Positions 7,671 through 15,833 of a stretch of 18,657 nucleotides of DNA are shown here, in pieces; within the stretch, counting starts at the first letter, position 1, and every line of letters starts with the position of its first letter. Source of the DNA: a virus (lineage: Duplodnaviria > Heunggongvirae > Uroviricota > Caudoviricetes); the IMG/VR virus record IMGVR_UViG_2923344815_000006; one strand, written 5' to 3'. A program made the translations under genes and the position numbers. Under the pieces are notes generated by a model. It did not search any database and had not been told where the DNA came from. It saw only the letters and a program-made list of their open reading frames with translations.

Positions 7671-9148
7671 TAATCACCCCATAGTGAAGAAAAGTTACTG
7701 CTGGCTGCTGGCTGTGATACCTGCTCAGATTGCGGCAATGTCTGCGACGAAGAAGCAGTTCCTCTGTCAACTGCTGAAATAACCCGCAAAGCATCATAAG
7801 TTCGACCAGAAGCAGCTTTCAGCGAATTGAACTGGTTTTCCATCTTCCGGCGCTTGGTATCAATGGTTTTTGTGGAATCACCAGGCTGAGGGAAATACAT
7901 TTGATAATATTTGGACATTTCAGCTGGTAGGATAGATGCCCCTGTTTCCTGACGGAGTATTGCCATTATTGCGTCATTAGCATTAACAACGTATTGCTGC
8001 TCTGCTGGGCTGAGCGTTAAGTTAGCCAGCGTCCCATTACCCAAAGCATTATTAATGATCGCCACTCGCTGTGGGCTAAGCTGGTCTTTCAGTGTATCTA
8101 TTGAATCAAGAGCATCCCTAACCCTGTATGCAAATCCAGCAGCTTTTTTAGCCCCTTCTGGCGACTTTTCCATGATCTTTTGGGCTGTTGGCAAAGCTAT
8201 TGGACGAAACCCATCTCCAGATATTGGCTGGTTTAGTTTTCCCTGCTCTTCACTTCCGTCTGTGTAGTATTTTGTGACAGTGCCATCATCGTTTTCTCTA
8301 ACACTCATTAATTTTTTGGCGTTTGTATTAATTCCAGCCGCTGCCGCAAATGCCGCCGCCCCCTCTGGATCCGCCTTTAACATTTGAGCGTACTGATTGT
8401 AATTCTGCATTGCTGCTGTTGGTGCATATGCTGACGTTAACGCATTTGCTCGGCTAATATCCTGCCCTCTCGCCTGAAGTGCTTCGCCAGCCTGATTGCT
8501 GCGGATTGTCTCTGCCAACTTGCCACGCTCAATATCCCGACCTTCCATTTGATCTTTGATATCGAAATACTTCTCATGACCGAGAGAAAACAGCGCCAGA
8601 TTACCTGCGAAATGCTGGAAGCCCTGCGGGTCATTAACCTGCATTTCAGCAATAGTTTCTGGAGGGATACCTAAACGACGCATCTCCTGCTCATTATCCA
8701 TCATGAACCTGCCAAATGCGCCCTGACCAAGCGATGAGGCTACCTGTGCTTTGAGCGCCAGATTGCCATAATCATCCCTTTGAGCATCATCGACATAACT
8801 CATCCCTTTACGGACTTCCTCAAACTCTTCTGGGAATGCTGTAATAAGATTACGCATCTGCTCCCTGTCACCGGACGCATAAGCATCTGCATAAGCTTTC
8901 TGGAATGCCGCTTTACGCTCCTGCTGTTGCTGCTGCTTATAAATATCAGCAACGCCAGCCAGACCACGAAGACCTGTCAGAGCAACGTTATTTGCACCTG
9001 AGCGAGCCAGTTCATTGTTTTCGCGGATCAGACCAAGCGTTGCGTTAATGTCGCTTGCCTTTGGCGCATTCTCATTTTGCGTACCGATGCCAGCCAGAAA
9101 ACCACCAGAATTAATACCCTGTTGCCACGTAGCCATTGATTTACCCAC
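7670..9148 (-). CDS. Uncharacterised 492-aa Ala/Gln-rich low-complexity protein
   Basis: Long ORF; probable true start is ATG at 9136 (MATWQQ...) rather than the GTG at 9148; poly-Q stretch and Ala-rich tracts. Confidence 0.7.
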   Translation of the reverse strand: MGKSMATWQQGINSGGFLAGIGTQNENAPKASDINATLGLIRENNELARSGANNVALTGLRGLAGVADIYKQQQQQERKAAFQKAYADAYASGDREQMRNLITAFPEEFEEVRKGMSYVDDAQRDDYGNLALKAQVASSLGQGAFGRFMMDNEQEMRRLGIPPETIAEMQVNDPQGFQHFAGNLALFSLGHEKYFDIKDQMEGRDIERGKLAETIRSNQAGEALQARGQDISRANALTSAYAPTAAMQNYNQYAQMLKADPEGAAAFAAAAGINTNAKKLMSVRENDDGTVTKYYTDGSEEQGKLNQPISGDGFRPIALPTAQKIMEKSPEGAKKAAGFAYRVRDALDSIDTLKDQLSPQRVAIINNALGNGTLANLTLSPAEQQYVVNANDAIMAILRQETGASILPAEMSKYYQMYFPQPGDSTKTIDTKRRKMENQFNSLKAASGRTYDALRVISAVDRGTASSSQTLPQSEQVSQPAASSNFSSLWGD

Positions 9149-9314
9149 GTCCAGTTAAAGTGTAAGCCAGCGCCTTATCCATTAATCCCCGAGCAATTTC
9201 GTGGATCGTTGGCGCAACTCCTACCTCTGATTTTTTACGCTGCTCCTCCTGAATTTTCTTTATCGCTTCCATTTGCTTCTCACTTATCAATACTGGCTTT
9301 ACTGAAATAGCCAT
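9141..9314 (-). CDS. Small 57-aa protein, possible ribbon-helix-helix regulator (not in supplied ORF track)
   Basis: ATG at 9314 preceded by AAGGGGG Shine-Dalgarno; translation MAISVKPVLISEKQMEAIKKIQEEQRKKSEVGVAPTIHEIARGLMDKALAYTLTGRG; stops 5 nt before the 492-aa gene ATG. Confidence 0.5.
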   Translation of the reverse strand: MAISVKPVLISEKQMEAIKKIQEEQRKKSEVGVAPTIHEIARGLMDKALAYTLTGRG

Positions 9315-9348
9315 AACGCCCCCTTAGAACTGTATAAAACAACAGTCA

Positions 9349-9378
9349 TTATAGTTTCATAAAACGCAACATTCATCA
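9349..9378 (-). promoter_or_regulatory. Putative promoter of the 57/492/701 operon (consensus -10, weak -35)
   Basis: TATAAT on minus strand at 9354..9349, about 35 nt upstream of the 57-aa ORF start; no good -35 hexamer. Confidence 0.3.
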
Positions 9379-9407
9379 TTGTGATTGCAAAATATGAAAC
9401 AAATAGC

Positions 9408-9442
9408 ACAAAAAAATGCCACCGTTCAGTAGCTGGTGGCAT
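9408..9442 (-). terminator. Rho-independent terminator downstream of the 153-aa gene
   Basis: Minus-strand hairpin with 8-bp stem ATGCCACC/GGTGGCAT and 11-nt loop, followed by a run of 7 T. Confidence 0.7.
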
Positions 9443-9494
9443 CGTTCTGTATGTCAGGTTTTGACAGTTTTTTTATGGACTCTAAAAACTATAT

Positions 9495-9956
9495 TTATGG
9501 AGTCGCATTACTCTTCATGGCGTGAGCTTTCCTGTTCTCTCTTTGTTCCTGGTTCCATGGATAAGTGTAATTGCCACCAGCAAAGACCATATTGATTTTG
9601 TGAGGAACCATTAAAGCGATATCAGCACTCATGTCACTGAATGAAACACAGTGCAGACGTTCAAGCCATTTGTATGCTGCTGCCGCTTCTCCCCACAAAT
9701 TAATCCCTGCAAGTTCAACAATATCTCTGATGGAGCAGATATCAACCATCCCGTTAACGCCTGTAAAACGGCGTTTAAAGTCGCCAAGATACTTTCTGAA
9801 AAGAGTTGCTTTCATTGGTTCAGAAAGGTCTATGTATGGGAACACAACCACATCAAGCAGCATCTCCCTTCTGTTGTTCATCGGTATTACAGATGGCAAA
9901 TCGGATACTTTGCCAAATACATGATGAAAAGCCTTTGCGATTATCTTCATCATCAA
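9495..9956 (-). CDS. Hypothetical 153-aa protein
   Basis: ORF with GGGAG Shine-Dalgarno; probable start ATG at 9953; between iteron block B and its own terminator; no recognised motif. Confidence 0.6.
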   Translation of the reverse strand: MMMKIIAKAFHHVFGKVSDLPSVIPMNNRREMLLDVVVFPYIDLSEPMKATLFRKYLGDFKRRFTGVNGMVDICSIRDIVELAGINLWGEAAAAYKWLERLHCVSFSDMSADIALMVPHKINMVFAGGNYTYPWNQEQRENRKAHAMKSNATP

Positions 9957-10048
9957 TCTCCCACTGAAACCAGTGATGTGGTGTTCAGATTTCGTAAAAC
10001 ACTCTCTAATGCCAGCCAGATGTTGTGCTCATCAATTCAGTCACGTTG

Positions 10049-10160
10049 TGTTGGTTCAAAATGCCGTGTTGTTGGTTCAGTGTTGGTTCAATAAAAAGAA
10101 TAAAATCCTTATAAAACAATACTCTTTACAAATTGAACCAACTGAACCAACTGAACCAAC
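10049..10160. repeat. Iteron block B (origin-like), same organisation as block A
   Basis: TGTTGGTTCA at 10049, 10070 and 10081; tandem TGAACCAAC at 10134-10160; shares CTTTACAAATTGAACCAACTGAACCAACTGAACCAACACCTTTT with block A; lies just 3-prime of the helicase-like gene. Confidence 0.8.
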
Positions 10161-10185
10161 ACCTTTTCTACGCACATGAAGAAGC

Positions 10186-11316
10186 TCATTCTTCAGATGA
10201 GTTGTAATCTCCTGGCTGGTAATTGAGTACATAAACGTTTATTTGTCGTCCCTGAATACGTGGTGATTTTCTTTGGTATCCACGACCGCTGTTTGGTGGG
10301 GTTAGCATCCCGGCTTTTTTCAACACTTCAGCAAACTGTTTTGCGTTGAAACCACATGCGATCTCCTTTTCAAATGTGGCCGGGAATGTGTAGAAAATCA
10401 TTGGGCTTTCGTCATGTTCTCCACGCTGACGGTATCCGGCTAAATCTTTGATGGGCAAATCTGCCGGGCTGTATGGAAATGGTGCAAAACGGCTAAGCCC
10501 ATAGGCATTAAGAAATGCCTCCGTTTGTTCAATAATCTGCTGATGCTCTTTGTTACCTGTGCCGAACTCGCGCAACCATGCGTTATAGCTGTGCTGTATC
10601 GCATCACGGCATGTCTGAGCATCCCAGCCTGTTACAACCTCGCCTAACAACAATGCGGCCTCCAGAATGGCAAATCGCGCGGCTACACGGTGAACCTGCT
10701 CACCATAATCGGATGGGATCAGGCTTCTCCATCTGCTTTCGCAGTCACGAACAGTTTTAATAGCCTGTTGCTGGTGGTCTGCCAGCCATTTAATCCACTC
10801 ACGCCCGGACGCGCCGTGGTGATGCTGGTAAGCGTCTTTCAGTGCGTCTGCGTGCTGTTTTCCGTTCTGGTAATCGTGAAAGCGTACTGCTTTACTCAAC
10901 GGAATATTCAGCAGTCGCACCATTTGCCCGGCTTTGGTTTTTCGCCCGGAAGTAGCGATAAATGTTTCTAAATCCATTTCTCCGGTGCTGATTGCCACTG
11001 TACGCCAGCGTTTTAGATCCCGGTTTCCACCATCTTTAGCGCCTTGCAGTTTCCCTACACCGTTAAATAACGCATAGGCAGACTGTGAAACACTGACAGG
11101 ATCAGCGCCCTGACCAACTTCATCAAGCGGCATTAGTCCGTCATTGTGGGCGGCAGCTTCATTTGCCAGCCCCAGCGCGGTTCCGTACCACGTCAGCCGC
11201 AGTAAATCAGGGTTGCCGTATAAGCTGCTCGCCACGTTTGCCGTGGTGGTCTTACCTGCGCTCGACTGCTCATAGAAATGAATGCCGAACCCGTCAGCGC
11301 CCACCAGCCCAATCAA
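10186..11316 (-). CDS. DUF927/SF3 helicase-like replication protein (P4 alpha / PICI Rep C-terminal type), apparently 5-prime-truncated
   Basis: Walker A (SSAGKTT) within ...AAHNDGLMPLDEVGQ...RWRTVAISTGE...KAGQMVRLLNIP, typical of the DUF927 helicase domain; ORF-track start is a TTG; in-frame stop at 11374-11376 with no ATG upstream. Confidence 0.65.
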   Translation of the reverse strand: MIGLVGADGFGIHFYEQSSAGKTTTANVASSLYGNPDLLRLTWYGTALGLANEAAAHNDGLMPLDEVGQGADPVSVSQSAYALFNGVGKLQGAKDGGNRDLKRWRTVAISTGEMDLETFIATSGRKTKAGQMVRLLNIPLSKAVRFHDYQNGKQHADALKDAYQHHHGASGREWIKWLADHQQQAIKTVRDCESRWRSLIPSDYGEQVHRVAARFAILEAALLLGEVVTGWDAQTCRDAIQHSYNAWLREFGTGNKEHQQIIEQTEAFLNAYGLSRFAPFPYSPADLPIKDLAGYRQRGEHDESPMIFYTFPATFEKEIACGFNAKQFAEVLKKAGMLTPPNSGRGYQRKSPRIQGRQINVYVLNYQPGDYNSSEE

Positions 11317-11429
11317 TGGCGCTGCCAGTGCTGCGCCGATCCCGGTCAGCCCAGCACATGAGGCCAGTTGTTTTCAGACGCACTGATAACCTGACGGATA
11401 AGATCAATGTTTCGCATTCTGGCCCCCGT

Positions 11430-12032
11430 TTAGTGCGTCACTGGTGCTTCTGGGATGCCGTTTTCGTTTAGTTCGGCAATAAAGCTGTTGTGAAGATCGG
11501 CAAGCACTTCTCGCCCAAACGAAGTGAGTGTTCCCTGTTCGACATCGAACATGTTGCTGTAAAAAATGATGGCATTCTTTGTTCCGACATCAACACCATA
11601 TTTCTCGATCATTGCGCCCTCAATGTTGTTTGCCATAGCGAGGCGCTCTGCTACTGGATACAGCGGCATGGCGACGATGCCATTGGAATAAACAGAAACC
11701 ACGGAATGATTGCCACTGTCATCAATAATGCTGACGGTGCCGTTTCCCTTTCTCATTTCATTGATGAATGCTGTTGCTATCAGCCAGCGCCACATAATCA
11801 CGTGATGCTGTGATGTGTAATCGAAATATCCCTGGTTGCCGCCACTGGCAATAGCGAGATGTATAAACATGCCTTCATCTGGTTTATCGTCATAATCCCC
11901 GGCATCCAGACGATTTACGGCATCAATATATGAGACGGTCTCAACGCGTTCTGTCATGCCATCGTTGCTGCGGTGCATGATGTTTACGCCGTCAGGCGTT
12001 GCTTCTGCATGGAAGGTTAAGAAATTATTCAT
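11430..12032 (-). CDS. Hypothetical 200-aa protein (upstream of the helicase-like gene, different frame)
   Basis: ORF-track ORF 11430..12137; probable start ATG at 12032 (MNNFLTF...), overlapping the upstream gene stop by 8 nt. Confidence 0.5.
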   Translation of the reverse strand: MNNFLTFHAEATPDGVNIMHRSNDGMTERVETVSYIDAVNRLDAGDYDDKPDEGMFIHLAIASGGNQGYFDYTSQHHVIMWRWLIATAFINEMRKGNGTVSIIDDSGNHSVVSVYSNGIVAMPLYPVAERLAMANNIEGAMIEKYGVDVGTKNAIIFYSNMFDVEQGTLTSFGREVLADLHNSFIAELNENGIPEAPVTH

Positions 12033-12246
12033 GTTTCGCCTCGCCTGAATGATTCTGTAACTCATATTTGCCCAACAATTCGTCTGCTTCCTGAATAGCT
12101 TCTGGTACGCCATTGAGCAGTGACATAACCGCGCCAATCATTAACTTGTCTCTGTTGCTGGGGCTGGCCCCTTCAAGCCAGAACCCTAAAACAGTCTGAA
12201 CCTGTTCGATGCGACATTGCGCTTCAATGAGCTGGATGTTGGTCAT
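12025..12246 (-). CDS. Hypothetical small protein (73 aa)
   Basis: ATGA stop-start overlap with the upstream gene at 12243-12246. Confidence 0.5.
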   Translation of the reverse strand: MTNIQLIEAQCRIEQVQTVLGFWLEGASPSNRDKLMIGAVMSLLNGVPEAIQEADELLGKYELQNHSGEAKHE

Positions 12247-12506
12247 TTCGCACTCTCCACATCGATTAAACTGATATCTATCAGGGAGGTAACTTTTTGT
12301 AGCCAGCTATTGATTACTGTCGCCTGTTCCCCTCCCACCGAGGGAATAATCTCATTCATCACATGAACCAGACCTGTGCGCGCTCTGGTAAGCCGTTCAG
12401 TCGCGCAATCTGCGGGAGTGAATGTGTCTGGATATGGCTCTTCGCGCCCCAGCAATGATTCAATTTCCAGCTCACACGGATGACGATAAATTAAGTTGAT
12501 ATTCAT
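12243..12506 (-). CDS. Hypothetical small protein (87 aa)
   Basis: ATGA stop-start overlap with the upstream gene at 12503-12506. Confidence 0.5.
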   Translation of the reverse strand: MNINLIYRHPCELEIESLLGREEPYPDTFTPADCATERLTRARTGLVHVMNEIIPSVGGEQATVINSWLQKVTSLIDISLIDVESAK

Positions 12507-12697
12507 TTTTCACCCCCAAGAATTACCAGCTCGGCACGGGCATCGTTAACCAAAGATGAGCACGCTTTAATCGCATCCACGACATCAGCAGCGTCCATTT
12601 CTTCAGCCGAAAGACTGACAGCAACCAGGACAGCCGCTGCTTGCTCGATTAATTGAAGTGCGGACGTAAGGCGAGGGGTATTAATTGAGTTATTCAT
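12503..12697 (-). CDS. Hypothetical small protein (64 aa from ATG 12697; ORF-track alternative start 12754)
   Basis: Internal ATG ([10 protein letters not shown]...) 8 nt upstream of the preceding gene stop, consistent with the coupling seen along this gene chain. Confidence 0.45.
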   Translation of the reverse strand: MNNSINTPRLTSALQLIEQAAAVLVAVSLSAEEMDAADVVDAIKACSSLVNDARAELVILGGEK

Positions 12698-13757
12698 TGG
12701 TTGCCCCCGTTTTGCATGGCATTTGTCCACCTTCCAGCAGGAAATGAACGTCACGAACGGCGAGATCCAATATCGCGAGTAACGCCTTCAGTTTTTCGTC
12801 TCGTGAGGGAGAGTTGCTCACCAGAATGTCATTAATCACTTCTGTCAGTGTGATGATCTGGCTTGTGCGTTCGAGGGGATCCATATGCACATCGTAGGTT
12901 TTAATCATGTGCCACCTCCATGCGGATACGACCAGCAAAAAAGCAGACGTGATCGCGCACCAGAGAACGGCGAGCATCGCGTTCAGACTCGGCAGCAATA
13001 TGATGAATTTTGGCGGTAATTGTCGGGCAATCGCGGCGAACTGCGGCGATAATCCAGATAAATTGCGGTTTTTGGGTAGGGGTAGTAGCCAGCATGTGGC
13101 AGCCTCCATTCGATAGCATGTAACGCTACCACCGGAAACGCCAATTTCGCTGGTGGTAGCCCAGACAGGGTTGGCGTAACCGGCTCGAATGGATACCGGC
13201 GCTTCCGAAGAAGCCCCTGCCTGAGCCACCATTGATTGACAAAGGCGCTGGATTATACACCAACGCCCAAAAAATGGGTGAGTCAGACCTACGACATAAA
13301 AAAAGACGCTCGGCGCGTCATATGTCGCCATTCGATTTACCAGGACGCCAATCCCGGCACCCGTTTTATGAGGTGCCTTATAACCATAAACCGTGTTGCC
13401 GCATAACGGCAAGCTCTTTTTTATGGACTCCGAAAACTCACTATTGGAAGAACCAGAAGCACAGTACATCGCGCTCATTTCGTTAACGTCACGCGCGTGG
13501 ACGAATGTTTTTGTGGAGTCACTACACGAGCAGAACAGGTCATCTACGACCAGAAATTCTCTGGCGCAGCCGCTGACCTTCTCAACGCTAACATCATCGA
13601 CCGTGATTTCTGACATAGTTAAGGCATCCGCTCCTACCACCAGCAAATGATAAACTTTGCTTGTATCTGCTGTATTAATGCCTGACTTTGCTGTCATATT
13701 GCTGGATTTTGGCGACATGCCAGCCAGTGAAAATGTCTTCTTCTGGGCGGTTAGCAT
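12690..13757 (-). CDS. Long ORF of uncertain coding status; C-terminal 72 codons from ATG 12907 look like a genuine small helical protein
   Basis: 356-codon open frame coupled to the upstream gene, but the central part is Trp/Cys-rich and not protein-like, and 12900-13120 is open in three frames. Confidence 0.3.
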   Translation of the reverse strand: MLTAQKKTFSLAGMSPKSSNMTAKSGINTADTSKVYHLLVVGADALTMSEITVDDVSVEKVSGCAREFLVVDDLFCSCSDSTKTFVHARDVNEMSAMYCASGSSNSEFSESIKKSLPLCGNTVYGYKAPHKTGAGIGVLVNRMATYDAPSVFFYVVGLTHPFFGRWCIIQRLCQSMVAQAGASSEAPVSIRAGYANPVWATTSEIGVSGGSVTCYRMEAATCWLLPLPKNRNLSGLSPQFAAIARQLPPKFIILLPSLNAMLAVLWCAITSAFLLVVSAWRWHMIKTYDVHMDPLERTSQIITLTEVINDILVSNSPSRDEKLKALLAILDLAVRDVHFLLEGGQMPCKTGATNE

Positions 13758-13933
13758 TTGTTAACCTCCGCGAACTCCTTCATGAAACGTGCCAGCGGTT
13801 GTACGCATGGCGATTGATACCCGTCGCGATAAAACGTCACTCGGTTGTGAGACACGCTTTCGACAGTAACGAGTGCTCCGTGGGCATCTTTGTAGCGTTT
13901 TTGAGGTTGTGGTGTTCCTGTCGGCTTAAACAT
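13751..13933 (-). CDS. DUF4222-like small phage protein
   Basis: 60-aa product from ATG 13933 (ORF-track ORF starts at 14020); RYKDAHGALVTVESVSHNRVTFYRDGYQSPCVQPLARFMKEF resembles the DUF4222 family. Confidence 0.6.
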   Translation of the reverse strand: MFKPTGTPQPQKRYKDAHGALVTVESVSHNRVTFYRDGYQSPCVQPLARFMKEFAEVNKC

Positions 13934-14759
13934 GGACCGCCTCCAGACGCTTAGCGAGCCAGCGTTGCGACAGGCGGGTGAGTTCTCCTTTGCGCTGCTC
14001 ATATTCCATGCCCATATCAATTAACGTGATATTGGTGCTTTCGAGATATGAGAGGTGCTCAAGCTGTTCTGCGTTCATATGGTCGCGAGGTTCGCCAGAA
14101 TAGCCATTTATCCGCGCCCACTGCTTAGCAGTTAGCCCACCAAGAACGATACGAGAAATCATATTGCTCTCGTTTGTGTAGTGGTGTTGCTGCGTCGTTT
14201 TCCCCTGCTCGGCACGGGCCATGTTCAGCGCATCGCACATTGGCTTAAAGTTGTTTGCGGCACTGATACGGGCTTTTAGCTGGCGACGATAGCGGGCGGC
14301 GATTTCAGGAACGCTACGCTGTAATTCTTCCTCGCACTGGATGAAATAACGACGGATAGCGCGACCCTGATCATTGCGTTCGATCATTGCCAGTTCTTTC
14401 GCCATTCCGACACTTAACAGATAGTCTTTGCCGGGTCTGCCAGAGTGCTTAATCTTGCTGTAAGCCGCGCCATTCGGGCTTTTCCCCAAATTTGGGGAAA
14501 TTGTTTTATGGACTGAGTAATCGTGCCCAATGGTGAAGTCATATTCAGAGATGCGATCAGTGATCCATGTAGAGAAGTCTTTTCCCACGCCCAACGCTTT
14601 GTGTAACGCTTTTGCGCTAACAATATTGGTTTCACGCCCACCTATATGACCAGGAATAACCGGGACAATTGCGGCAAATTCATTACCGTTAATTGTGCCC
14701 AGAGAGGCGTTCAGATGAGGGGCAGCCTCAGAAATTAATCTGCTTTTTTCGATGTTCAT
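13926..14759 (-). CDS. Phage antirepressor-like protein (Bro-N / KilAC type)
   Basis: 277-aa ORF; DYLLSVGMAKELAMIERNDQGRAIRRYFIQCEEEL is characteristic of antirepressor DNA-binding domains; GGAG Shine-Dalgarno. Confidence 0.65.
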   Translation of the reverse strand: MNIEKSRLISEAAPHLNASLGTINGNEFAAIVPVIPGHIGGRETNIVSAKALHKALGVGKDFSTWITDRISEYDFTIGHDYSVHKTISPNLGKSPNGAAYSKIKHSGRPGKDYLLSVGMAKELAMIERNDQGRAIRRYFIQCEEELQRSVPEIAARYRRQLKARISAANNFKPMCDALNMARAEQGKTTQQHHYTNESNMISRIVLGGLTAKQWARINGYSGEPRDHMNAEQLEHLSYLESTNITLIDMGMEYEQRKGELTRLSQRWLAKRLEAVHV

Positions 14760-14771
14760 TTTCAGTCTCCG

Positions 14772-15203
14772 TTAGGCGGCGTTAAACGCGTCCGGGTAGA
14801 GTTTCAGAATGTCGGCAATTTCCTGCTGAGAAAGTCCGTTGTGATCATTTATGTTCGCAAGATGGTTAATATGAGTGATCACTTTCAGAACATCACCACG
14901 GCAGGAGAAACGGTAGCGAAGGTGTGTTCCGATACCATCAGGATTCTTTTCGTCGATACGCTCCAGAGTGATTCCGAGCTGGCGTTCTAACTCTGTTGCA
15001 TAGTTACGACCAGAAGACAGACGGCAGTAGCGAAGAATGTCATTTTCTGTCCATCCCTCTATACCAGTACGCAGCATATAGACTCGGGCACGATGCTTTT
15101 TCGGCGTGCGCTTTGGTGCTTGAAGGGATTTTGTCAGGGGCGTAACATCAGATACGCGAATATCTGAATTAGCCGCCTGTAATGGGCGGTTTTTCTTTTC
15201 CAT
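14772..15203 (-). CDS. Hypothetical phage-related protein (143 aa)
   Basis: ORF coupled to alpA by a TGATG stop-start overlap; basic N-terminus; no recognised motif. Confidence 0.55.
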   Translation of the reverse strand: MEKKNRPLQAANSDIRVSDVTPLTKSLQAPKRTPKKHRARVYMLRTGIEGWTENDILRYCRLSSGRNYATELERQLGITLERIDEKNPDGIGTHLRYRFSCRGDVLKVITHINHLANINDHNGLSQQEIADILKLYPDAFNAA

Positions 15204-15406
15204 CAGGCCACCTCGTCTCTAGATTCTAATATACACTTCTCAATCCATTCATCTATTTCAGACTCAACAAAAGCAATTGCCCGACTTCCAATTTTTACCT
15301 GTTTAGGGAACCTCCCCTGACTAATAAGACGATAAATCCATGCTTTGCTATAACCAGTTCGCCTTTGAACTTCAGAGAGACGAATTAATGAATTGTAATT
15401 AGCCAT
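15203..15406 (-). CDS. alpA: AlpA-family transcriptional regulator (excisionase-like HTH)
   Basis: 67-aa product IRLSEVQRRTGYSKAWIYRLISQGRFPKQVKIGSRAIAFVESEIDEWI matches the AlpA family; located next to the integrase gene. Confidence 0.85.
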   Translation of the reverse strand: MANYNSLIRLSEVQRRTGYSKAWIYRLISQGRFPKQVKIGSRAIAFVESEIDEWIEKCILESRDEVA

Positions 15407-15833
15407 TTATTAATATCCTGTACTAATGACGCAATAACCCCCTCCTGCAACGAATGGCGAGAGTTTTATTTGCGTCAAATGTCGAATACGCCAAAGACCA
15501 CAATATGAAAAACATATTGCGGTCTTTTATAAAAGATAGTCAGATTGTTTTGGTTTGTTTGCTCCACAAGGGTAGAGCTACCCTGCATTTCGGCAGGATC
15601 ACGCTATTAGGCGTGACATCCAGTAGTTTTAAAGAACAATTGCGCTTTGTCAGCGCCAAAGCCTGTTAAAGAACATTCCGCTTTTCAGCAGCGTAGAAGG
15701 CTCAATACACCTTCGTTTATAAAAGAGCGATTGCCCTTCTCCAGGGCTAACTGTTAAATAGCAATCCTCTGTGAGTTTTTATCAATCTACTCCCCTATAC
15801 TTTAGTAAACCTCTGTATACTTGTCCAGTTGTT

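Noticed and set aside
5602-8652. Opposite-strand or internal ORFs inside the 701-aa and 492-aa genes (5602..5820, 6778..7119, 6812..6997, 8055..8267, 8437..8652)
   Set aside because: Shadow ORFs embedded in much longer, translationally coupled genes.
9451-9477. Plus-strand hairpin TGTCA-GGTTT-TGACA followed by a T-run as a terminator
   Set aside because: Only a 5-bp stem and no plus-strand gene upstream; the adjacent minus-strand terminator at 9408-9442 is much stronger.
9631-11471. Plus-strand and internal ORFs overlapping the 153-aa and helicase-like genes (9631..9924, 9651..10094, 9973..10179, 10440..10971, 11163..11471, 11490..11813)
   Set aside because: Overlap better-supported minus-strand genes or run through the iteron block; no supporting signals.
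11317-12137. Single programmed or mutational frameshift fusing the 200-aa ORF to the helicase-like ORF
   Set aside because: The helicase frame is closed by stops at 11374-11376 and 11404-11406, beyond the end of the upstream ORF at 11430, so one frameshift cannot join them.
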